From an uncultured Candidatus Actinomarina sp. (GTDB lineage: Bacteria > Actinomycetota > Acidimicrobiia > Actinomarinales > Actinomarinaceae), in contig CACAND010000005.1 in NCBI GenBank assembly GCA_902533795.1, positions 847 through 64,846 on the forward strand: a stretch of 64,000 nt of DNA, read 5' to 3'. Each line of letters starts with the position of its first letter. Within the stretch, counting starts at the first letter, position 1. The notes below the pieces were generated by a model, which saw only the letters and a list, made by a program, of their open reading frames with translations, was not told where the DNA came from and made no database searches. The translations under genes and the position numbers were made by a program. Shown here piece by piece: positions 33,148 through 42,568 of this stretch.

Positions 33148-34107
33148 GTGTTAATTTTACAAAGACCAGAAATATCTCAGGAAAATCTTGATAAGTCAAG
33201 AGCAAGTTTTACGATCGAACCACTTGAAACTGGATTTGGTTTGACCTTAGGTAATACAATGAGAAGGGCTTTACTTTCTCGAGTACCTGGGGTTGCAGTT
33301 ACAGGTGTAAAAATTGATGGAGTAAATCATGAGTTCACATCAGTACCTGGTGTAGTTGAAGATGTATTAGATGTACTGCTGAACCTTAAACGCTTAGTTC
33401 TTAAAGTTGATGATCAAGAAAGTCATACATTAACCGTCAAGGCTAAAGGACCGGGTGAAGTTAATGCAGCACAAATTCAATGTCCTGCTGGTGTAGAAGT
33501 TGTAAATACAGATCTGAAAATTTGTACTTTATCAAATGATTCAACACTAGACATGGAAGTTTCGATAGCTCATGGAGTAGGATATCGCTTGGCAGATAAG
33601 AATAAAACTAGTGATTCAAGTTTTATACCTATTGATTCTATGTTCTCTCCAGTAGTCAAAGTCAGTTATGCAGTTTCTCCAACACAAGTTGGTCAGGTCA
33701 CAAACTATGATAAATTGATTCTTGATGTTGAAACTGATGGATCCATTGAGCCAAGTGAAGCAATATCTTCAGTAGGAAAAACTCTTGGAGAACTGTGGAA
33801 GCTATTTGCAGATATTGATGAGGGAATTGGTCTTGAATTAGGAGAATTAACTATTTCAGAAGGAAGTTCCCCAGACCTTTCATTGTCTGTAGACGCTCTT
33901 GATTTATCAGAAAGACCAAGAAATTGTCTCGGAAGAGAAAATATAACAACTGTTGGACAAATTCTTGAATACACAGAAGACGATTTGCTCAATCTAACAA
34001 ACTTTGGTCAAAAAAGCTTAGACGAGCTTGTTGCAAAATTAGATGAGCTTGGCCTTAGCTTACCAACAAGTTCAGACTTGAATTCGGAAGATAATTCAGA
34101 TGCCTAG
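33148..34107 (+). CDS. rpoA: DNA-directed RNA polymerase subunit alpha
   Basis: 319 aa with NTD and CTD; GTG start. Confidence 0.95.
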   Translation: MLILQRPEISQENLDKSRASFTIEPLETGFGLTLGNTMRRALLSRVPGVAVTGVKIDGVNHEFTSVPGVVEDVLDVLLNLKRLVLKVDDQESHTLTVKAKGPGEVNAAQIQCPAGVEVVNTDLKICTLSNDSTLDMEVSIAHGVGYRLADKNKTSDSSFIPIDSMFSPVVKVSYAVSPTQVGQVTNYDKLILDVETDGSIEPSEAISSVGKTLGELWKLFADIDEGIGLELGELTISEGSSPDLSLSVDALDLSERPRNCLGRENITTVGQILEYTEDDLLNLTNFGQKSLDELVAKLDELGLSLPTSSDLNSEDNSDA

Positions 34108-34450
34108 ACCAAGAAAAGGAAAACTTCTTGGAGGATCTTCATCTCATGAAGATCAGATTATAGGTAACTTAATTGCTTCTCTAATTGAATTCGAAAAGAT
34201 TGAAACTACATTAACCAAAGCTAAAGTTACTAAACCCTATGTTGATAAAGTAATTACTAAAGCAAAAAAAGGCTCCCTTCATGACAGAAGACAAGTTTTA
34301 AAGTTTATACAAAATAAAGCAGTCGTAGCAAAGCTTTTTGATGAGTTGGGTCCAAAATATCAAGATAGAGATGGTGGATACACCAGAATAACTAGAACAA
34401 GTTATAGAAAAGGTGATGGAGCTGAGCTAGCTGTACTAGAGTTAGTTTAA
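34100..34450 (+). CDS. rplQ: 50S ribosomal protein L17
   Basis: 116 aa, order. Confidence 0.93.
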   Translation: MPRPRKGKLLGGSSSHEDQIIGNLIASLIEFEKIETTLTKAKVTKPYVDKVITKAKKGSLHDRRQVLKFIQNKAVVAKLFDELGPKYQDRDGGYTRITRTSYRKGDGAELAVLELV

Positions 34451-34451
34451 T

Positions 34452-35000
34452 TTGAATACATTAAAAGATGTTTGGAGACAATTCAAACTTTTCATAAGAT
34501 TTGACTCTGAAACAATACTCAAAATTACCCAAGATAGATATGAAACAGGCAATGCCTTTTTAATTGTTACATTTAGTTTATTTGCTATTTATATTCCACT
34601 TTTATTTAGTTCAAATATAAATAATATTTTTGATTTAATTTTTTTTGGAGTTTTAGATGGAACATTTTCATGGGTATTTTCAAGCCTTGTTATGTGGTTT
34701 GCACTCGGCAGAGTATTTAAAGAAAATGTTGATTTAAATTCAATAATTACAATTACGGGTTACTCCCATGGATTAGTTGGATTTGTCTCGATTTGGTTTT
34801 TCTTACAAAACTCTTTCATGAATTTTGGAGATAGAGTTAACCAGATCTTTATATTGCTTCTTATCTTTTGGATTTATAATGCTGTTGCTAAATCACTCGA
34901 ACTTGGTTTTTTTATGGAAAAGAGAAATACAAAACTTTCTTCAGCCATTTTTATATTTATTTTATTTTGGACGTCAGACCCATTAAAAATAATAATATAA
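34452..35000 (+). CDS. Yip1-like polytopic membrane protein
   Basis: 182 aa, 5 predicted TM helices; lies between rplQ and truA. Confidence 0.5.
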   Translation: MNTLKDVWRQFKLFIRFDSETILKITQDRYETGNAFLIVTFSLFAIYIPLLFSSNINNIFDLIFFGVLDGTFSWVFSSLVMWFALGRVFKENVDLNSIITITGYSHGLVGFVSIWFFLQNSFMNFGDRVNQIFILLLIFWIYNAVAKSLELGFFMEKRNTKLSSAIFIFILFWTSDPLKIII

Positions 35001-35001
35001 A

Positions 35002-35727
35002 TTGCTTTCTTATAAATTAGATATCTCTTACGATGGAACCAATTTTCATGGTTTCCAAAAACAAATCAAAAATAGAACAATTCAAGGAGAAATAGAAAAA
35101 ATTTTATATAAATTGTTAAAAGATTATGATTTGACATATTCTGGTAGGACTGACGCAGGTGTTCATGCCAAGTCCCAAATACTTTGTTTAAAAGTCAATA
35201 AACCACTAAATGATAATTTTATCAATTCTTTTAATTCTTTAATTTCTAATGAGATAAAAGTTAATAAAATTCTTAAAGCAAGTAAAGAATTTAATCCTAG
35301 ACATGATGCTAAGTCAAGAGTGTACAAATACTTTATCTTAAATAAAACAAAAGATTTACCATTCTCAGAAAATCAAGTTTACTTTATTAATAAAAAATTA
35401 GATTTAGATTATTTAAATCGTATTTCAAAAATATTTTTAGGAAATAATAATTTCAAAAATTTTTCAAAACTAAGACCTGGCCAATCTCCCGAACGGTATA
35501 TCAAAGTTAGTAAATGGACTTATCAAAATTCAAAGTATATATACACAGTTGAAGGTAATTCTTTTCTTCACAATATGGTGAAGTCATTAGTAGGTTCTCA
35601 GTTGGCAGTAATTGATAAAAAGATAACTATCAAAGATTTAAAATTATCTTTAAAGAATCCATCTGAAACTCGACATCGATTTATGGTTCCAAGTAGTGGT
35701 TTATATCTATGGAAAATCAAATACTAG
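35002..35727 (+). CDS. truA: tRNA pseudouridine(38-40) synthase TruA
   Basis: 241 aa, LDISYDGTNFHGFQKQ, catalytic GRTDAGVHA. Confidence 0.9.
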   Translation: MLSYKLDISYDGTNFHGFQKQIKNRTIQGEIEKILYKLLKDYDLTYSGRTDAGVHAKSQILCLKVNKPLNDNFINSFNSLISNEIKVNKILKASKEFNPRHDAKSRVYKYFILNKTKDLPFSENQVYFINKKLDLDYLNRISKIFLGNNNFKNFSKLRPGQSPERYIKVSKWTYQNSKYIYTVEGNSFLHNMVKSLVGSQLAVIDKKITIKDLKLSLKNPSETRHRFMVPSSGLYLWKIKY

Positions 35728-35785
35728 TCTCCATAAATATAAATACAATTTATACTTAAGTTTCGTTACGATTCTTTAAGGTTTT

Positions 35786-36241
35786 ATGAGTACAAAAACG
35801 ACATTTGATGGAGTAGATTCTTCTGAGCGAAACTGGCATTTAGTTGATGCTAGTGGATTACCTGTAGGCAGATTGGCTAGCGAAATAGCACAAATTTTAA
35901 GAGGTAAACATAAACCGAAATTTGCACCTCATCTAGATGTTGGTGATTATGTGATCGTAATAAATGCTTCAAAAATACAAGCAACATCAAAAAAACCAGA
36001 ACAAAAAATGTATTATGACCACTCAGGTTATCCGGGTGGATTAAGAGAAGAGTCTTTTAATTCATTAAAAAAGAGAAAACCTGAAAAAATAATTGAAAGA
36101 GCCGTATGGGGGATGCTTCCAAAAAACAGATTAGGAAGGTCAATATTAAAAAAATTGTATGTTTATAGAGATGATAATCATCCACATGGTGCACAAAATC
36201 CATCAGAATTAAGTTTTGACATCAAGAAAGTAGTTGAATAG
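35786..36241 (+). CDS. rplM: 50S ribosomal protein L13
   Basis: 151 aa, order. Confidence 0.93.
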   Translation: MSTKTTFDGVDSSERNWHLVDASGLPVGRLASEIAQILRGKHKPKFAPHLDVGDYVIVINASKIQATSKKPEQKMYYDHSGYPGGLREESFNSLKKRKPEKIIERAVWGMLPKNRLGRSILKKLYVYRDDNHPHGAQNPSELSFDIKKVVE

Positions 36242-36243
36242 TA

Positions 36244-36633
36244 ATGAGTGAAACAATAGTAGCAACTGGACGTAGGAAAACATCAGTAGCAAGAGTTATG
36301 TTGAGTGAAGGGGATGGGTCCTTTGAGTTTAATGGTAAAACCCTCGAAGATTACTTTCCTAGTCCTTCAATGCGAATGACCATAAACAAACCATTTAACA
36401 TTGTTGGAATGGAAAAGAAATTTAATCTGAAAGTGAATTTAAATGGAAGTGGACTTTCTGCTCAAGCAGATGCTGTTGCCTTAGGCATTTCTAGAGCGTT
36501 AATACAATTCGATCCTGAACTCAGGCCAAAACTTAAAAAAGCAGGACTCTTAACTAGGGATGCTCGAAAAGTTGAAAGAAAAAAATACGGCCTAAAGAAA
36601 GCCCGAAGAGCAGAGCAATTTACTAAAAGATAA
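36244..36633 (+). CDS. rpsI: 30S ribosomal protein S9
   Basis: 129 aa, C-terminal ...KKARRAEQFTKR. Confidence 0.93.
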   Translation: MSETIVATGRRKTSVARVMLSEGDGSFEFNGKTLEDYFPSPSMRMTINKPFNIVGMEKKFNLKVNLNGSGLSAQADAVALGISRALIQFDPELRPKLKKAGLLTRDARKVERKKYGLKKARRAEQFTKR

Positions 36634-36640
36634 TAGTTCA

Positions 36641-37945
36641 TTGAAAAAATATTTTGGTACCGATGGTATTAGGGGTATCCCGAAAGAAACTTTATCTCAA
36701 GAGTTAATTTCTTCAATTTGTGCATCTGTTGAAATCTTGATTGATCCTAAAAGTGTCGCCATCATATCCGACACGAGAGAATCCTCAGATGAAATTCTGA
36801 ATTGGATTTCTTTAGGCTTTTCTGAAAATGTAAAGATATATAATCATGGTATTCTTCCTTCGGGCTCAATGCCCATAATCTTGAAAAAGTTTGATTACGA
36901 TCTGGGAATTATAATTTCTGCTTCACATAATCCAGCAAATTACAATGGAATAAAATTAATTCAAAAAAATGGTTCAAAGCTTGATGATGATATCGAAATT
37001 CAAATTGAGAACAGACTAAATAGTCTTAAGTTGCCAACGAAAGGTTCGGAAATAATTAATCTTTCCGATGGGCATGATGAGTATTTACGATATTTACAGG
37101 AAATTACTGACATTAATTTTGATAATTTTGAAATAATAATTGATGCTGCAAATGGAGCTGCTTTTAGTGTTATAAAAGAATTATTAGATTCCAAAAATGC
37201 AAAATACCGAATTATAAATGACACTCCCAATGGTCTAAACATAAATGATAATTGTGGAGCAACTTCTCCGGAAAATTTACAAAATGAGATAAAAAACAGG
37301 GAAATCGGCGCTTCTTTTGACGGTGACGCTGATAGATTGATAATGGTTGATGAAGAGGGAAAAATTGTTAATGGGGATTTAATATTAACTCTTCTTGCTA
37401 AATATTTTTCTGAATTGAATAACCTAAAAAACAATATTGTCGTTAGTACCGTTATGTCTAATTACGGTTTTAAACAGGCTATGCAAAAATTTGATTTTGA
37501 TCTAATCGAAACTCCTGTTGGAGATAAATATGTTGCAGAATCAATGAATAAATATGATGCCTCATTAGGAGGTGAGCAATCGGGCCATATAATAATTGCT
37601 GATTTACTACCTGTTGGAGATGGTCTTATTACTTTAATTATGGTTTTAAAAGCCCTCGAACACTTTGGAATGACACTTTGTGATTTTAAGAATGAAAATT
37701 TATATGAGTATCCACAGAAACTTACGAACATAGAGTTAACAAATAAATTAAACGATGAAGAAATAGAATACATAAATCAAATAGCACTTGATATGTCAAT
37801 AAACAAAGATTTAGATGGCCGATATCTTATTCGAAATTCAGGTACTGAGCCATTATTAAGAGTATTAGTTGAGGCTAAAAGCGCCGAAGCAATGCAAGAT
37901 TTTTCTGACGAACTGTTAACAAAGATTAATAAATACTTAAATTAG
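36641..37945 (+). CDS. glmM: phosphoglucosamine mutase
   Basis: 434 aa, TTG start; active-site Ser in ISASHNPANYNGIK. Confidence 0.9.
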   Translation: MKKYFGTDGIRGIPKETLSQELISSICASVEILIDPKSVAIISDTRESSDEILNWISLGFSENVKIYNHGILPSGSMPIILKKFDYDLGIIISASHNPANYNGIKLIQKNGSKLDDDIEIQIENRLNSLKLPTKGSEIINLSDGHDEYLRYLQEITDINFDNFEIIIDAANGAAFSVIKELLDSKNAKYRIINDTPNGLNINDNCGATSPENLQNEIKNREIGASFDGDADRLIMVDEEGKIVNGDLILTLLAKYFSELNNLKNNIVVSTVMSNYGFKQAMQKFDFDLIETPVGDKYVAESMNKYDASLGGEQSGHIIIADLLPVGDGLITLIMVLKALEHFGMTLCDFKNENLYEYPQKLTNIELTNKLNDEEIEYINQIALDMSINKDLDGRYLIRNSGTEPLLRVLVEAKSAEAMQDFSDELLTKINKYLN

Positions 37946-37977
37946 TAAAACTTAACGATATACTTTTCTTAACGAGC

Positions 37978-38135
37978 AATTTAGCGCCAGGCCTTTAACG
38001 AGGTGACGAGGAAGTATGTTATCGAAAAATTCGGCGGATGCATACTCGGCACTGCAGTCGATATAAATTGTTAAAAACAGGAAGAAATTTCTGAACAGAG
38101 ACAATTTAACGCAGTCTTTATTTTAACCTGCTCGT
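37978..38135 (+). ncRNA. glmS leader: glmS ribozyme / GlcN6P riboswitch-like leader
   Basis: AGCGCCAG... then GACGAGGAAGUAUGUUAUCGAAAAAUUCGGCGGAUGC closely matches the conserved catalytic core of the Bacillus-type glmS ribozyme; placed directly 5' of glmS. Confidence 0.7.
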
Positions 38136-38150
38136 TGGAATGGAGAAAAA

Positions 38151-39947
38151 ATGTGTGGAATAGTTGGGTATTCAGGCCCAAAAGAACCCTTGCCAATCTT
38201 AATAAATGGATTGTCTAGATTAGAGTATCGAGGATACGACTCAGCAGGAATTGCAATTTCCGATGGGAACAAAATAACCATTGAAAAAAAAGAAGGTAAA
38301 CTCGACTTCTTAAAAGATCATCTAAAAAATAATCAAATCTCTGGAAACGTAGGCATTGGTCATACAAGATGGGCGACCCATGGCGTACCAAATGATGTAA
38401 ATGCTCATCCTCACTCGGATAACAATGAAGAATTTGCGATTATTCATAATGGGATAATTGAAAATTATGCAGAAATTAAAAAAGATCTTTTAAACGAAGG
38501 ATTTGAATTTAAGTCTGATACTGACACTGAGGTAGTAGCTGTAGAGCTTAGCAGAAAATGGAGTGGGGAATTGCTTAAAACTGTAGTGGATGTTGCAAAC
38601 TCTCTTGAAGGAACTTATGCACTCCTCGTAACTACTACTAAAGAAGAAGGAACTATCGTTGCTGGAAGATTAATGAGCCCATTAGTTTTAGGAGTTGGCG
38701 ATGATGAAGTGTTTCTTGCGTCTGATTCGGCAGCAATACTAGAGCATACAAAAAAGATGATATTTCTTGAAAATGGTGATTTTGTAGAAATTAAAAATGG
38801 TAAATATAAGTTGTTTGACTCAGACTTAAATGAAATTGAAAGAGAGATCCAAGAAATAGACTGGGAGGTCTCTGAAGCAGAGAAATCAGGATATGACCAT
38901 TTTATGTATAAAGAGATACTTGAACAGTCTGAAGTAATTGAAAGAACTATTTCGGGAAGGCTGGACACAAATTCTGATGATATTCCGATTATGTCAGATC
39001 ATGCTTCTAAATTTGAAAAAATTTGGATAGTTGCATGCGGAACTGCTTATCATGCAGGTTTATTTGGCAAAGATCTGTTTGAGAAAGTTCTTGGTGTTCC
39101 AGTAAGCGTTGAGTTAGCTTCAGAGTTTAGATACAGGGAGCCGATTGTTGGGAAAAATGATTTAGGTATTGTAATCTCACAGTCTGGAGAAACAATGGAT
39201 ACAATTGCTGCAACAGAACTGCTTAAAGAAAATGGCTCACACGTACTCGCCCTAGTTAATGTTGTTGGAAGCTCATTGGCAAGAATGGCTGATAGTGTAT
39301 TTTACTTACATGTTGGTCCAGAGATCGGTGTAGCTTCTACTAAAGCTTATTTAGGTATGCTCGTATCTCAACTAGTACTTGCTAAACATTGGGACTCTCA
39401 AAATAGATTGGATGTATCTTTTGATCAGATTGCAGAACTTCCAAATCTAATAGACAAAACAATGGCTTGCGAAGATCAAATAAAACAGATATCTGAAAAA
39501 ATTTACAAAAAGAATGACATTTATTTTATTGGAAGAGGTTTGGATTATGCATTGGCAGCTGAAGGTGCCTTGAAATTAAAAGAGATTTCATATCTGCACG
39601 CTGAAGCATTGGCAGCAGGAGAGCTTAAGCATGGTACGCTAGCTTTGATAGAAGAAGGAACCCCTGTAGTAGTTACTGCTAGTCAAAATCATCTGCTCGA
39701 TAAGACAACCAGTAATGTACAAGAGGTCATTGCAAGGGGTGCATATGTTATTGCTATTGGAGACAGTGAGTCAGAAAAACTAGAAAATATATCAAATGAT
39801 TATGTGACACTCCCAGATAGTAATGAAATACTCACTACTGTGATATCGATTATACCTTTACAATTTATTGCTTATCATGTAGCAAATAAAAATGGCCAGT
39901 CGATTGATCAACCAAGAAACCTTGCAAAGTCAGTTACTGTAGAATAA
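38151..39947 (+). CDS. glmS: glutamine--fructose-6-phosphate aminotransferase
   Basis: 598 aa starting MCGIVGY (Ntn Cys) with two SIS domains. Confidence 0.95.
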   Translation: MCGIVGYSGPKEPLPILINGLSRLEYRGYDSAGIAISDGNKITIEKKEGKLDFLKDHLKNNQISGNVGIGHTRWATHGVPNDVNAHPHSDNNEEFAIIHNGIIENYAEIKKDLLNEGFEFKSDTDTEVVAVELSRKWSGELLKTVVDVANSLEGTYALLVTTTKEEGTIVAGRLMSPLVLGVGDDEVFLASDSAAILEHTKKMIFLENGDFVEIKNGKYKLFDSDLNEIEREIQEIDWEVSEAEKSGYDHFMYKEILEQSEVIERTISGRLDTNSDDIPIMSDHASKFEKIWIVACGTAYHAGLFGKDLFEKVLGVPVSVELASEFRYREPIVGKNDLGIVISQSGETMDTIAATELLKENGSHVLALVNVVGSSLARMADSVFYLHVGPEIGVASTKAYLGMLVSQLVLAKHWDSQNRLDVSFDQIAELPNLIDKTMACEDQIKQISEKIYKKNDIYFIGRGLDYALAAEGALKLKEISYLHAEALAAGELKHGTLALIEEGTPVVVTASQNHLLDKTTSNVQEVIARGAYVIAIGDSESEKLENISNDYVTLPDSNEILTTVISIIPLQFIAYHVANKNGQSIDQPRNLAKSVTVE

Positions 39948-39952
39948 ATAAC

Positions 39953-41035
39953 ATGGATAGAGGTTACGTATACGTAAATAAGGCAAATTATTTACACAAC
40001 ATAGAAGTATTAAAAAAACTATCAAATAAAGAACTTTGTTTAGTTGTCAAAGCTAATGGTTATGGTCATGGCATTGAATGGACTGTCAAAACGGCTATGG
40101 AAGCTGGAATTAAATGGTTTGCGGTAGCAGCTATTAGTGAAGCAATAAAAGTACGTGCTCAATCTGATGAACTTAGAGTATTGTTACTTACCGAGCCATC
40201 GCTTGATGAGTTAGATAATATAGAACGACATAATATTGACTTAACAGTCTACAATGATTTTTTTATCGATGGTTTAGAAGAATCAGGTAAAGAATTTAGC
40301 ACCCATATAAAAATAGATACTGGTATGCACAGGGTTGGTTGCGAACCAGAGGATTTTATAAACCTTTATAATAAAATAAAAAAGTCTAAAACCATAAATC
40401 TAGCCGGTATATGTACCCATTTTCCATTAGCTGATGAAGAAATAGAACCAACACAAGAATCTATCGAATTATTCAAAGAAACAATTAAAGATATAGATTT
40501 AGATGATTTACTAATACACGTAGATAATTCTGGATCATCATTTTATAATTTTGATCCAACATTTAATTTATCAAGAGTAGGTCTGACAGTTTACGGGTGT
40601 AACATAACACCGGCTGAAGTAAATCAAGATTTTAAACCAACGATGGCTATAAAAACAAGAATATCAAATATTAACTACAGAAAAAAGGGAGAAGCAGTTT
40701 CTTATGGAAAAGCTTTGACTTTAGAAAGAGATACAACTGTAGCAGTATCTCCTGTTGGATACGGCGACGGGTATCCGTGGAGTACATTTCCTGATGGGAA
40801 AGTTATAGTTAACAATACATACTGTAATTTGATAGGAAGAGTTACTATGGACCAAATTCTCTATGACATTACAGATGTTGAAGCAAATATAAATGATGAA
40901 GTTGTTCTTTTGGGAAATTCAGAGAACAATGAACTTGAAATTACCGTCTACGATATTGCAAAATGGAATAATACTATTGAATGGGAAATCCTTACAAATA
41001 TTAATGAACGACTTGAAAGGGTTGAAATTGAATGA
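39953..41035 (+). CDS. alr: alanine racemase
   Basis: 360 aa, PLP-lysine motif VVKANGYGHG. Confidence 0.9.
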   Translation: MDRGYVYVNKANYLHNIEVLKKLSNKELCLVVKANGYGHGIEWTVKTAMEAGIKWFAVAAISEAIKVRAQSDELRVLLLTEPSLDELDNIERHNIDLTVYNDFFIDGLEESGKEFSTHIKIDTGMHRVGCEPEDFINLYNKIKKSKTINLAGICTHFPLADEEIEPTQESIELFKETIKDIDLDDLLIHVDNSGSSFYNFDPTFNLSRVGLTVYGCNITPAEVNQDFKPTMAIKTRISNINYRKKGEAVSYGKALTLERDTTVAVSPVGYGDGYPWSTFPDGKVIVNNTYCNLIGRVTMDQILYDITDVEANINDEVVLLGNSENNELEITVYDIAKWNNTIEWEILTNINERLERVEIE

Positions 41036-41432
41036 GATCGAGCTTAAAGAATCAGCTTTAGATGAATTTGCAAAAGACTTCGTAACAAAGTTATCAATTC
41101 CTTCAGTAGTTGGATTTAACGGAAGTTTGGGAGCTGGTAAAACTACAATAATAAAAAAGATAATTTATCACCTTGGAATCGAAGATAATGTAACTTCACC
41201 GACATTCAATATTGTAAAAAATTATCTCAAAGAAGATTTAAGTATTTACCATGTTGATCTCTACAGACTTTCGTCATTTCAAGAATTTATTGACCTTGAT
41301 CTTCCTTTGTTTGAAGAAAAAACCCTATTTTTTGTTGAATGGTCAAATCAACTTCCTAATACAAACCTCAATAATTGGACAATTGTTGATATTGATATCA
41401 TTGATGATTCAAGAAGAAAGATAAGGTTTTAA
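41004..41432 (+). CDS. tsaE: tRNA t6A37 threonylcarbamoyladenosine biosynthesis protein TsaE
   Basis: P-loop GSLGAGKTT; first in-frame ATG at 41004 implies a 32-nt overlap with alr; the track's ORF from 40893 is an over-extension. Confidence 0.75.
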   Translation: MNDLKGLKLNEIELKESALDEFAKDFVTKLSIPSVVGFNGSLGAGKTTIIKKIIYHLGIEDNVTSPTFNIVKNYLKEDLSIYHVDLYRLSSFQEFIDLDLPLFEEKTLFFVEWSNQLPNTNLNNWTIVDIDIIDDSRRKIRF

Positions 41433-41433
41433 A

Positions 41434-42129
41434 TTGTATAAATTAGCAATATCTACATCAGGTGAATATGTTTCTGCAGCAATTTTTGAAGATAAGTTAC
41501 TTTCTAGTTTTGTTTCAAAAACTAACAGGGGCTCAACTGGAATACTACTCAATCAAATAAATGAATTATTTGATAAAACAAAAGCAAACAGAAAAGATCT
41601 TAGCGCACTTTATCTTGACGTAGGACCAGGATATTACACAGGACTAAGAATCGGCTTATCAGTTTCTCAAGGACTTGGTGCAGTTTTAGGCATCCCTATA
41701 ATTCCAGTAAATGGTCTCGATGCTCTTGCATTTGCAGCACATACAAGTCATAGAAAGATATGCTCGTTGATTGATATTAAACGAAGTGAGTTTGCTTATT
41801 GCGAATATATGCCTGTTCCAGGTGGAGTAACACGAGAGTCAGATCCTCAAGTTATTTCAGTTGAAAGCTTAGAAATTAAACTTTCTGATGATGCCGATAA
41901 AAAATTATTAGTAGGTAATTGGGATCTAATAGAAAATAAAAAAATTCTTACTGATAGTAACACTAAATTAGCTGAGCCAAGATTTGTGACTGCTGAAAAT
42001 ATTTACAACGTTGGTGAAAAAATAAAAGACTATCCCAACTTTAATGAAATAAACCTTGAATACATGAGAGAACCCGATGTCACATTATCAAAAGATAGCT
42101 TGAGTGGAGATGTGAAGCTTTATGATTAA
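41434..42129 (+). CDS. tsaB: tRNA t6A37 biosynthesis protein TsaB
   Basis: 231 aa inactive Kae1/YgjD homologue; tsaE-tsaB-rimI-tsaD synteny. Confidence 0.85.
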   Translation: MYKLAISTSGEYVSAAIFEDKLLSSFVSKTNRGSTGILLNQINELFDKTKANRKDLSALYLDVGPGYYTGLRIGLSVSQGLGAVLGIPIIPVNGLDALAFAAHTSHRKICSLIDIKRSEFAYCEYMPVPGGVTRESDPQVISVESLEIKLSDDADKKLLVGNWDLIENKKILTDSNTKLAEPRFVTAENIYNVGEKIKDYPNFNEINLEYMREPDVTLSKDSLSGDVKLYD

Positions 42130-42568
42130 AAGTTTAGAATTTTGTTCATCTGAGACAGCCCTTAAGTTATCAAATTTAGAGCAAAAATTATTTTCTATGT
42201 CATGGGATGCCAGCATTATTGAGCAAAAAATAAATGACAAAAGTTTTAAGTATTGGATTTATGAAGATGAAAAGGAAATCATTGGATATTTAGGTATCCA
42301 ATTTATTCACCACGATATTGAGATTCTAGGAATTGGTGTATTGGAAGAATATAGAAAAAAAGGAGTAGCAACTGAACTTATGGATTTATTAATAAGCTAT
42401 TTTGAAAGTTCGAAATATGAAAAAATTATCTTAGAAGTAAGAGAATCAAATACATCCGCTCAAAGTTTATATAAAAAATACAATTTTAAATATTTTGGTA
42501 AAAGAAAAAAATATTATGTCACAGAAGATGCAGATATTTTTATAAAGGAAAAAGTATATGCAGAATGA
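42122..42568 (+). CDS. rimI: ribosomal-protein-alanine N-acetyltransferase (GNAT)
   Basis: 148 aa GNAT fold (RKKGVATELMD). Confidence 0.8.
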   Translation: MIKSLEFCSSETALKLSNLEQKLFSMSWDASIIEQKINDKSFKYWIYEDEKEIIGYLGIQFIHHDIEILGIGVLEEYRKKGVATELMDLLISYFESSKYEKIILEVRESNTSAQSLYKKYNFKYFGKRKKYYVTEDADIFIKEKVYAE

